Of a stretch of DNA of 64,000 nucleotides, positions 51,916 through 60,800 are shown in pieces; positions within the stretch are counted from its first letter, which is position 1, and every line of letters begins with the position of its first letter. The position numbers and the translations under genes are program-made. Under the pieces are notes generated by a model that worked only from the letters and a program-made list of their open reading frames with translations, had not been told where the DNA came from and ran no database searches. Location of the stretch: NCBI GenBank assembly GCA_965263035.1, contig OZ253580.1:5504001-5568000 (forward strand), read 5' to 3'. The stretch comes from Acidobacteriota bacterium. GTDB lineage: Bacteria; Acidobacteriota; UBA6911; RPQK01; JAJDTT01.

Positions 51916-52287
51916 ATGACGACGCCGGACCGAGACCCGGGACTGGACACCCTGCTCGACCTTCACGGCGAGACGCTGTTTGTGGACGACACGGGGCATT
52001 GGGTGAAGTTCGTCGTAGTGCGGACCGAGGCGACGCCCGAACGACCGCACGCCCTCCGCTACTCGTTGACACTGCACGCGCCGGATGGCGCCAGATTGGT
52101 TGGATTCGATAATGCGCACCCGGTTAGGGAGCGGCCAGGCCCGGGCAGGCGGCGACGGACAGAGCGCGACCATCGGCATCGGCTGCGGAAGGTCCGGCCC
52201 TATGAGTACAGAGACGCAGTGACGCTCCTCGAGGATTTCTGGAAAGAAGTGGACCAAGTTCTTGAAGAAGGAGGCTCGATTCCATGA
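51916..52287 (+). CDS. DUF6516/TumE-like putative toxin
   Basis: RPHALRYSLTLH...RLVGFDNAH...DHRH...PYEY..LLEDFW. Confidence 0.75.
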   Translation: MTTPDRDPGLDTLLDLHGETLFVDDTGHWVKFVVVRTEATPERPHALRYSLTLHAPDGARLVGFDNAHPVRERPGPGRRRRTERDHRHRLRKVRPYEYRDAVTLLEDFWKEVDQVLEEGGSIP

Positions 52288-52652
52288 AGACACTAGAGAT
52301 CGGGATTGCCGGTTACGACCAGATGAAGGCGCGCACCCTGGCGATTGCCCGCGGGGAGCACACGCCCGCGAAAGGTGAGCCGAAGGTGTGGTTCACCTCG
52401 ATCGAGAGCTTTGCAAAGTTGCTCTCCGAGCACAACAGACATCTCCTGGAGCTGATTGCCCGAGAGAAACCGGGTTCGCTCACGGAGCTCGCGGAGATGG
52501 CCGGGCGAAGCAAGTCGAACCTCTCGCGAACCCTGAAGACGATGTCTAAATACGGGCTCGTGGAATTGCGACACGGAGAGCGTGGGAGGCTGGTACCGCG
52601 GGTGCCTTACGATCACGTGAGGCTCGATGTCTCGTTGACTTCAACGTGGTGA
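52284..52652 (+). CDS. Winged-HTH putative antitoxin
   Basis: ATGA overlap with the upstream gene; SLTELAEMAGRSKSNLSRTLKTM..YGLV HTH. Confidence 0.8.
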   Translation: MKTLEIGIAGYDQMKARTLAIARGEHTPAKGEPKVWFTSIESFAKLLSEHNRHLLELIAREKPGSLTELAEMAGRSKSNLSRTLKTMSKYGLVELRHGERGRLVPRVPYDHVRLDVSLTSTW

Positions 52653-52825
52653 AGCAGCGGTACACATAAGCCCCACAGAAGGTGGGCCGCCGGTCCCCGT
52701 CTCTCAGCCCGGAACAGCCCATCAATGGTACCGGGCAGTGATCCAGATCACCGCTCTCCAGCCGTGTCCATGCGAGAGTCAGGAGGGGGCCCTTCAGCCT
52801 CTCCGAAACTCCCGGAATCGGCGGT

Positions 52826-53117
52826 TCAAAATTCCCGCTCCTTTTTCTTGGAAGGGGTCTGAAGCCTCGCGACTCTCTCCAGGAACTCCCGGGCGACCCG
52901 TTCGTACCGGTCCCGATCCAGGTTCCAGGCCCTGCCGTGGCTGGCGCCGGGGACCGTCACGCACCGGACCAGATCGGATCGGGAATTCGCCAGCAGTTGG
53001 CTGGTTCGGAGCGGAACCAGGGTGTCCTCGCCGCCGTGGAAAACCAGCGTGGGCGCCTGCAAGTATTTCGTGTTCCCGACATAATTTAGTGCCTTCCAGG
53101 GGACTCCGAATCGAACC
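52826..53117 (-). pseudogene. C-terminal fragment of an alpha/beta hydrolase
   Basis: PTLVFHGGEDTLVP...VPGASH; the frame stays open up to the family A repeat at about 53118 and the nucleophile region is missing. Confidence 0.7.
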
Positions 53118-53159
53118 GGAGAAGGGGACAGTCACCTCCTCTGAAGGGACCGGACGCGT

Positions 53160-53358
53160 GCTGAGGGATGAAGCGGGCACCGGCGTGACCCTGGTGGAGG
53201 GCGACGACCTCCGGAATACCCTGTTGCAGGAGAACATCCGTGAAATCCGGGCCACGACCAACTCCCTCATGCCCGAGGGTCTGGAGGAGAACATCGACCA
53301 CCAGGAGATGGCCGACCTTATCTCCTTCATCCTCAAGTATCAGTACGAGGTCGGTACC
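53160..53358 (+). pseudogene. Fourth partial copy of the heme-protein gene 3' region
   Basis: LRDEAGTGVTLVEGDDLRNTLL...SLMPEGLEENIDHQEMADLISFILKYQYEVGT; follows a family A repeat. Confidence 0.85.
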
Positions 53359-54872
53359 GGAATCACCGGCAAAGTCGTGAAGATTCGGCTATCGGCATCC
53401 ATCTCCAGGGCGACCCCGGTGAACCGTTCCCCTTCAGGAGCGGTGCAACGAACGGACCCGACGAAGTCGGACGTATCGGTCTGGGTGAACAACTCGTGGA
53501 TGAACTTGGCCGTCTGTCCGTTGCCGGCCAGTGGAATGTCCTTCGTCTCCAATACCGCGCCTGCTTTCATCAATTGGCAACTCACTTCGATCGGATTCTC
53601 TCCCAGGTTCCGGATCGCGGCTCCGGTGTTGATTCCACCCTCTTGGCGGCGGGCCGGAAAAATGACGTCGTTTCCGGGCGCACTTGCCCCCACGCCGGCC
53701 ACGCCCAGGGACGGGGCGTCGAACCGCAGGACCCCGCCGATGCGGGCCGCGCCGCCCGCGTCCTCCCGGTTTTTGTCGCCCGCGAGATTAAAGCGCACAA
53801 TGTCGGAGAACACCGTTACCGATCCGGTCACCAACTCCCCTCGCCCATGGGTCGAAATCACCAGTTCACCCAGAGGTTCAATCCCCGTCCGGACAGTCAA
53901 CGCTCCGTCCTCCCGGACTTCCAGATCTTCCGTCACGTCCACCACCGATTCGGGGTCGATGAGTGCGCCCATTTGATCGTAGAAGTAGATGGCCGAGTAA
54001 GTCGCCGAGGGCTCCACGTTCACCAACACCAAGTCCGAGGTGATGGACCCTCCATTCCCGAAATGCGCAAAGCTCAGAGACTGTCGCAGGTCCGCCGTGA
54101 TTGGAAGCATGGCGTTGTCCGATTGAACCTGGAGAAGTCGGTCGAAGTAAGCGATCCGATTCGGCATAGTCTCCAATATTGTCCGCTCGTAAGGTCGGGA
54201 GATTCGAGCCGAACGATATCGGACAGCCAAGTACGCCAGGAACGACTCGGTGATGTCTTCTCGCTCCGGATGATCTCGTGCGTAGTCGGAAATGAAGTTG
54301 CCATCGGCTGTCTGGGCGGCACGCCAATCGACGGCGTTGACAATCCCCATCCAGGGTGGGTCCAGGGAAGTGTGCGCCCCCTCGTGGACCAATTCCTCCT
54401 CCAAAAAACCCTTGGCGATGGACTCTTCCGCATGATCTGCATGAATGAGAATATTGTTGTTTCCACCCCCGAGAGGCTGATTCCCTTTATGGATCCAGAC
54501 CGTCTTGACATTGGTTCGAAGAAGGGTTGGCAATTGGCCGATGAATCCCCCATATTTGCTAGCCTCCGCCATCGCGGCCGATGCACTGCCGAACTCTGGA
54601 TTGACCTGAATCTCCGCAGTCAGCCCATCATCAAATCGGGCCATGAACAAATAGGCGTTGACCACGATCCAGTCCTTGACCCGCTGGTCGAACATCGTCC
54701 GTTGCCCCCGTCCGGCTTCCGTCACACTCACGAGCGCAGTCGGATCTGATAGCGTGATGATGTCCGGGTCGATCCAGACGGTGCCCGAATAGGGTGGATC
54801 GGTCTGGTCCTTGCTCTGAACCTCTCGGCCGAGCGTGGCCAGCAGGAATACAGCTAGCATTATGTGCCTCAT
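53340..54872 (-). CDS. Secreted HExxH (zincin-like) protein with the shared C-terminal FAHFGNG...IFTTLPV domain
   Basis: Signal peptide; EEELVHEGAH and a downstream EDITES; C-terminal domain shared with the giant surface protein. Confidence 0.7.
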   Translation of the reverse strand: MRHIMLAVFLLATLGREVQSKDQTDPPYSGTVWIDPDIITLSDPTALVSVTEAGRGQRTMFDQRVKDWIVVNAYLFMARFDDGLTAEIQVNPEFGSASAAMAEASKYGGFIGQLPTLLRTNVKTVWIHKGNQPLGGGNNNILIHADHAEESIAKGFLEEELVHEGAHTSLDPPWMGIVNAVDWRAAQTADGNFISDYARDHPEREDITESFLAYLAVRYRSARISRPYERTILETMPNRIAYFDRLLQVQSDNAMLPITADLRQSLSFAHFGNGGSITSDLVLVNVEPSATYSAIYFYDQMGALIDPESVVDVTEDLEVREDGALTVRTGIEPLGELVISTHGRGELVTGSVTVFSDIVRFNLAGDKNREDAGGAARIGGVLRFDAPSLGVAGVGASAPGNDVIFPARRQEGGINTGAAIRNLGENPIEVSCQLMKAGAVLETKDIPLAGNGQTAKFIHELFTQTDTSDFVGSVRCTAPEGERFTGVALEMDADSRIFTTLPVIPVPTSY

Positions 54873-54944
54873 GGACGAAGGATAGTCGCGGAGGAGGGGG
54901 ACGTAGTCGCGGAGGAGGGGACAGTCACCTTCTCGCGCGGTGTC

Positions 54945-57638
54945 CTACCTGCCCCACGCGTAGCGGATGCGCACGTAGTAGTACGCGCCGTTGAATCCCC
55001 AAGGTGTGTACTCGCTGTACTTCTCCCCGACCGACATCGCTCGCGCGCTCTCGTCGGGATAGGTATTGAGCAGGTTCTGGGCGCCGATCGCCAGCGTCAT
55101 GCCCTCGGAGAGATCGATGCTGCCCTCCACGTCGACGATCGGGCGCCCGTCGAAGAAGCCCTGCTCGATACCGGCGGACGGGATGAACGCCTGCCGAAAC
55201 CCGCTGTCCCAGTCGTACCAGCCGCCATAGTAGCTCACGCGCCCGAGCAGTTGGACCCGCCCGAGGCGCTGGTTGATGCCGGCGCTCCAGCGGACCCGCG
55301 GCAGCGCGTAGGCGTACTCGGCCAGCCGCCGGTCGCTGAGCAGACCCTTCTCGTTGTCGGTCACCTCGGTGTCGGTGTAGTTGAAGACGGCGCTGAACAC
55401 CGTGTTGCCACGCAGCGCAATTGGCGTGTAGGTCGAGACTACGTCGATCCCCTGCGACCGCGTGGAGAACGCGTTGGTGAAGAACCGGAAATTCTTCAGG
55501 TCGCGGGCGCTCTCGATGTCTTGCGCCAGCAGGTTCTCGATCTCGGCGTCCTGCAGGCTGAAGTTGCTCGTGATGCCGATCCGGTCGGCGACGTTGACGA
55601 GGAAGTAGTCGGCGCTGAAGTTGAACGGCCCGGTGTCGAAGACGACGCCGGCAGTGTAGTTGACGGAGCGTTCAGGCTCCAGCGGCACGCCGCCGCGCAA
55701 CGCCGCCACCGGCGAGATCGACGGGATGACGCCGTTGTTGACCAGGTCTCCGATGGCCGGGTCGAAGGTGGTCGAGATGTTGAAGCCGTTCTGCTGGCCG
55801 GGTGTGGGTGCGCGGAACCCGCTGCTGACGCTGGCGCGCACGAAGGCGAAGCGGGCGGAGACCTTGCCGTTCGTGGTTGTGCCGAAGTCCTCGAAGTGCT
55901 CGACCCGCAGCGCACCGCCCAGGGTCCATCCGCCGTCCACGTCGTTCACTTCGACATCGCCGTACGCCGCGACATTGTTCCGGTTCCAGGTGCCGGCGGC
56001 GAGCGGTCCGTAGCCGAAGAAGCCGTTGGAGCCGGCTGAGAATCCCTGTCCCCGGCCGTACGGGCCGACCGTCCACGACGCCGGCTCGCCCTCGGTGGTC
56101 TGGTACTGCTCGTCGCGCCACTCCGCGCCGGCCGCGATGTTGACCCTGTCCGTCGCGGCGTAGGAGAGATCGAAGTTCAGCCCGATCTCCCGCTGCCGGT
56201 TGCTGCCGAGTTCGAAGGCGGTCGGAGTATCGTAGCCGAGCGAGGCGTTGACGGTGTCGCGGATGAAGAGGTCGGTCTCGTGGGCGCCGACCGAGACGCT
56301 CGTATCCCAGATGACGCCGGCGCCGGTGAAGCCGCGGATGCCGCCCACTACCGACATGTCCTGCGCCTCGCCGCCGAAGTTGGGCGTGAAGCCGCCGGGG
56401 AACCGCTCGTAGAGCGTGAAGCAGTTCGGATTTTCTGCGACCGCCGCGAGCGCCTCGCCGTCGGGGACGTTGCCGACTATCGGCACCGTCGGGCAGTTGC
56501 CGGCGCCGGGCATCCCGGTCTCGGCCCACAGCCGGTCGCCCACGAGTAGCGTGCTGCCGCCGTCCGGGCTGAAGACCCCGCCCCGCGTATTCGGGTTGCG
56601 GAAGAAGAAGCCGCCGGTCACCCGCTTGCTCGCATAGTTGGTATGGCCGTAAAGCTGCACCCCGGTGGAGAACGTGTAACCGAAGTTCCCGAACAGCTTC
56701 AGATCGTCGTCGACCTCCGGTGAACCCCAGATCTGCGGCGTATCCGATGCGACATGTGTGTTCCCCGCGGCGAGAAGCGCGGTGGCGTCGCTACGGGGGG
56801 CGCTCCGGTTCGTCGGATTCGAGCTGCCGTATTCCAGGCTGAGGTTGGCGAAGCCGGTGGCGCCCAGCGGCAGGCCGACATTGCCGGCGACGTTGAAGGC
56901 CTCGCCGTCCCCTTCCTGAAAGGTGCCGGTGTCGAATTCGAGACTACCGCCGGAGGCGGCATCCTTGAGCTGGAAATTCATGACGCCGGCGATGGCGTCC
57001 GAGCCGTACTGCGCCGCCGCACCGTCGCGCAACACTTCGACTTGGCGCAGCGCGATGGCCGGGATGGCGGAGATGTCCGGGCCCTGCGAGCCGTAGGCCA
57101 CGCCGTTGCCGCCGTGCCAGTCGATGATGGACGAGCGGTGGCGTCGCTTTCCGTTCACCAGGACCAGCGTGTGGTCCGGCGCCAGGTTGCGAAGCATCGC
57201 CGGACGGACGACCGTCGACGCATCGCTGATCGGCTGCGTGTTGACGTTGAACGACGGAATGACCGTGCGTAGCTGATCCTGCAGATTGGAGACACCCTGG
57301 TTGGTGATGTCGGACGTCGAGAGCACGTCGACCGGTACCGGCGACTCCGCAACGGTCCGTGGCCGGGCACGGGAGCCGACGACGACGGTCTCCTCAGTGA
57401 GCCCGTCGAGCAACACCTTCAGCTCGTCAGGCGACAGCCCCATCGCCTGGATTTCGGCCACCGAAACGCCGAGCGCGCGGCTGAGCGCTTCGTACCGTTC
57501 TGCCGTCAGGTCTTCCTGTGCGAACGCCGGAGCCGGCAAACCGGCAACGAGTGCAATGAGCAGACTCGATAGGAACACGATGAACATTGATCGATGCGTC
57601 ACTTGCGGTTTCCTCCCTCGGATTCGGCCGGAGGGCAT
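54945..57638 (-). CDS. TonB-dependent receptor
   Basis: ETVVVGSR TonB-box-like, LVLVNGKRRH, VEVLRDGAAAQYGSDAIAGVMN, C-terminal YYVRIRYAW; ATG 57638 has an AGGAGG RBS. Confidence 0.92.
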   Translation of the reverse strand: MPSGRIRGRKPQVTHRSMFIVFLSSLLIALVAGLPAPAFAQEDLTAERYEALSRALGVSVAEIQAMGLSPDELKVLLDGLTEETVVVGSRARPRTVAESPVPVDVLSTSDITNQGVSNLQDQLRTVIPSFNVNTQPISDASTVVRPAMLRNLAPDHTLVLVNGKRRHRSSIIDWHGGNGVAYGSQGPDISAIPAIALRQVEVLRDGAAAQYGSDAIAGVMNFQLKDAASGGSLEFDTGTFQEGDGEAFNVAGNVGLPLGATGFANLSLEYGSSNPTNRSAPRSDATALLAAGNTHVASDTPQIWGSPEVDDDLKLFGNFGYTFSTGVQLYGHTNYASKRVTGGFFFRNPNTRGGVFSPDGGSTLLVGDRLWAETGMPGAGNCPTVPIVGNVPDGEALAAVAENPNCFTLYERFPGGFTPNFGGEAQDMSVVGGIRGFTGAGVIWDTSVSVGAHETDLFIRDTVNASLGYDTPTAFELGSNRQREIGLNFDLSYAATDRVNIAAGAEWRDEQYQTTEGEPASWTVGPYGRGQGFSAGSNGFFGYGPLAAGTWNRNNVAAYGDVEVNDVDGGWTLGGALRVEHFEDFGTTTNGKVSARFAFVRASVSSGFRAPTPGQQNGFNISTTFDPAIGDLVNNGVIPSISPVAALRGGVPLEPERSVNYTAGVVFDTGPFNFSADYFLVNVADRIGITSNFSLQDAEIENLLAQDIESARDLKNFRFFTNAFSTRSQGIDVVSTYTPIALRGNTVFSAVFNYTDTEVTDNEKGLLSDRRLAEYAYALPRVRWSAGINQRLGRVQLLGRVSYYGGWYDWDSGFRQAFIPSAGIEQGFFDGRPIVDVEGSIDLSEGMTLAIGAQNLLNTYPDESARAMSVGEKYSEYTPWGFNGAYYYVRIRYAWGR

Positions 57639-57749
57639 CGCCTCCTGATGGCTTGTGGTCTTGTTTGGGTGGACGTGAGAAAGTGGGACGAACAGAGTAC
57701 GAATTGGAAAGAACCCAAGATGATGAAGAAGCTCATCTCCGCTATCGTA

Positions 57750-57776
57750 CCCAGACCCCTCGCGGAGGGGTCTGGG
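57750..57776. other. Strong intergenic hairpin
   Basis: CCCAGACCCCTC-GCG-GAGGGGTCTGGG, perfect 12-bp stem between the surface-protein and TBDR genes; no clear U-tract. Confidence 0.5.
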
Positions 57777-57828
57777 CCTCTTCTTCCGGCCCGTGTGTCC
57801 GGGCGGCTCGGTGCAGGTCCTGTTGGAA

Positions 57829-60800
57829 TTACTCCTGAGAGATTGTGGTTTGAATCGGCACGACCGGCAGAGTGGTGAAGATCCGGTTGCCGGTATCCAG
57901 CTCAACCGCGACTCCCGTGAACGTGCCTTCCCCGGCCGCCGTGCATCTCACCGACCCGACGAAGTCTCTGGTATCCGTCCTGGTGAACACCTCTTCGATG
58001 AACCGGGCATGCTGTCCTTGTCCGTTGAGATGGATGTCCACCTCTTCCAGCGCTTCGCCCCCGCTCATCAACCGGCACCGCACCGTTGCGCGCTGCGCCG
58101 CCAGGTTGCGGATCGCCGCAGCGGTGCGAATCCCTCCTGCTTGCCGCCGGGCCGGGAACAGCGCGTCCGCCGTGGCTTGACTCGCGCCCACGCCGGCCAC
58201 GCCGACGCCTGGGATGTCAAAGCGCAGGACGCCGCCGATAGGTCCGTTCGCCACGACTCGGACGGACCCGGTCACCACCTCTCCCCGGCCGTGGGTCGAG
58301 ATCGTCAGCTCGCCCAGACGAGCCATGGCCGTTCGTAGGGTCAGGCCTCCGTCCTCTCGAACGACCAGATCCTCCCCCACGTCCACCGTTGATTCCGGCT
58401 CCAGCAGCTCTCCGCGCTGATCGTAAAAGTAGATGGCCGGCCGGGCCGTTGAGGCCGCCACGTTCACCAGCACCAGGTCGGACGTAATCAAGGTCCCGTC
58501 GCCGGAAGTGCCATTGGCGAAGTGCGCGAAAGTCAGGGTCGTTTCTTCCTCTTCGCCACCCCCAGGATCCACCGGCACCACCGGCAGGGTGGTGAAGATC
58601 CGGTTGTCCGCATCCAACTCCACCGCCACGCCCGTGAACGACTCGCCGCGCGGGACCGTACAGCGCACCGAACCGACGAAGTCCGTGGTGTCGGTCGCGG
58701 TGAACAGTTCCTCGATGAACTGGGCGTCCTGACCGTTGGCGTCCAGTTCGATCGCTCTTTCTTCCAGGACGGCGCCGTTTTTCATCAACCGGCACTGGAC
58801 GTCGACGGCCTCCATCCCCAAGTTGTGGATGGCCGCCGCGGTGCGGATCCCTCCTGCCTGACGCCGCGCCGGGAACAGGGCGTCCCCCGTGGGTTCGCTG
58901 GCTCCGACCCCGGCCACGCCGATCCCGGGGATGTCGAAGCGCACCACGCCGCCGATGGGACCGTCCGACACGACCCGCACCGATCCGGTCACCACCTCTC
59001 CCCGGCCATGGGTCGAGATCGTCAGCTCGCCCAGCGACGCGATCTCCGTCCGGGGCGACAGCCCTCCGTCCTCCCGGATCTCCAGATCGTCCCCGACATC
59101 CACCACGGACTCGGCTTCAAACAGATCTCCCTCCCGGTCGAAGAAGTAGACGGCGGGACGAATCTCCGACTCGGCGACGTTCACCAGCACCAGGTCGGAG
59201 GTAATGAGAACGTCGTTGCCCGAATACCCGTTGCCGAAATGGGCGAACTCCAGGATCACCTCCTCCGCCATGGGCGTGGCCTCGACCGGGCTGGAGGGGG
59301 GACTCTGGCCGACTTCGTTCACCGCCCGCACCTCGAAGACGTAGGTCCGGCCGTTGGTCAGTCCGATGACCGTATAGGTCAGGTCCGTGGAACCGATGGA
59401 GGTCCAGTCCCCGGGCCGGTCGATCCGGACCTGGTAGCCGGTGAGGGCGGAGCGACCGTCGCTCTCGGGCACCTCCCAGGTCAGCGTCACTTCACCGTCC
59501 CCGGCTTCTGCCTGCAGGTTCAACGGTGCCGTGGGTACCGTCGCAGCCGGCGGCGGCGGAGGAGGAGGCGGCGGCGGCGGAGGAGGAGGCGGCGGCGGCG
59601 GAGGAGGAGGCGGCGGCGGCGGTGGTGGTGGCGGGGCCGAGACTTCGTTGTCCAGGACCGTCACGCGAGCGCTCTGAGTCGAAGCGGAACCCAGCCGGTA
59701 CTCGGCTCCCGGCCGCAGCCGGGCGGTGACCCGGCTGGTGGATTCGGCGACGTCGTCATCGTCGGTCAACACCTCCAACGTCGCCGTGTCCTGTCCGGTC
59801 CGGAACTCCACCTCGTCCGGCGGTTCGTACCCGTCCGAGGTCTTGATCATCGATCCCGTCTCCGTGACCTCCAGGCTCACCGTCAGCGCGGCCTCCGTCG
59901 GAGGCCCCCGCGTCAGGGTGAACTCCACGGTGGCGCCTTCCGTGACCGTCTCGGATCCCTGCTTGGCTTCGATGGTGACCAGTGGCGGGTCCGCCCGTTG
60001 ATCGGTCAACGCCTCCACCGCGTTACCCACCTCGTCCTGGATCGGGTCGAACCTGGGTGTATAGCTCACTCTTACCGTCTCGCCCGCCGCCACCGGAGAG
60101 GTCAGCGTCAAGGTGACGCTGTTTCCTCTCACCTGGACCTGGATGACCGTCCGGTCATTCCCCTCCACCGTCACCGCGAAGTCGTCCCTGGCCGGCCTCG
60201 AGTCCTCATCCAACGCCTCGTCGTAGGTCAGCGCCACCCGCAAGCCATGCACCGTCACGGTCTGCAGTCCCGGCACGCTCGCGTCCACCTTTTGGTTCGC
60301 CTGCGCCTCCACCGCCTCGTAGCTCCGTGCCGCCGGGTTGTCCGCCAGATCCAGGATCTTCCCCCCATTGAGCGCGATGCTCCCCCGCGGCACGCTCACG
60401 CCGTCCTCGTCCTCGTCCCCCTTCTCCACCGTGTAGACGAACACCACTGCGGCCCGCGCCGACCCCACACTGGCGCTGGCCCGCTTCCTCTGGTTCCCCA
60501 CCAGCAGGTCCAGCGTCGGCGTCCCCTGCACCGTGTCAACCGTCACCGTCTCGTCGTAGCGCACCGTCACGGAGATCATGTCGTCGACCGCGTAGGTCTC
60601 GTCCGTCCCCGGGTCCGAGCTGATCTCGATCCCTTCGATCGATGGGGCCGTCGTGTCCGGCGTCCGGTTGTCTACGAACTCGTCCCGGAAGGCCTCGGCA
60701 TCGTTGCCGATCGCGTCCTGGATCGGATTCGACCGCGACTCGTAGCTCACCCGGATGTCCGTCTCTCCGTACTCCGCCGCTGGACTCACCGTCAGCCGAA

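Larger units (their letters stand above)
44266..54935 (+). repeat. Family A dispersed co-oriented hairpin repeat, consensus GAGAAGGGGACAGTCACCTC(C/G)TCTC
   Basis: GGGGACAGTCAC cores (up to 1 mismatch) start at 44271, 45109, 45983, 46172, 46241, 46289, 49937, 51154, 51251, 51862, 53124, 54917; degenerate copies at about 48470 and 51199; all on the + strand. Confidence 0.88.

Noticed and set aside
44164-53976. ORFs 44164..44766 and 52738..53976 as real genes
   Set aside because: They are chance read-throughs across repeat junctions into heme-gene fragments
43290-54935. Classical integron
   Set aside because: I see no IntI-specific insertion before the HxxR motif, and the repeats lack the RYYYAAC...GTTRRRY attC ends
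57640-57828. Riboswitch upstream of the TonB-dependent receptor
   Set aside because: No cobalamin or TPP consensus recognised; only a single strong hairpin
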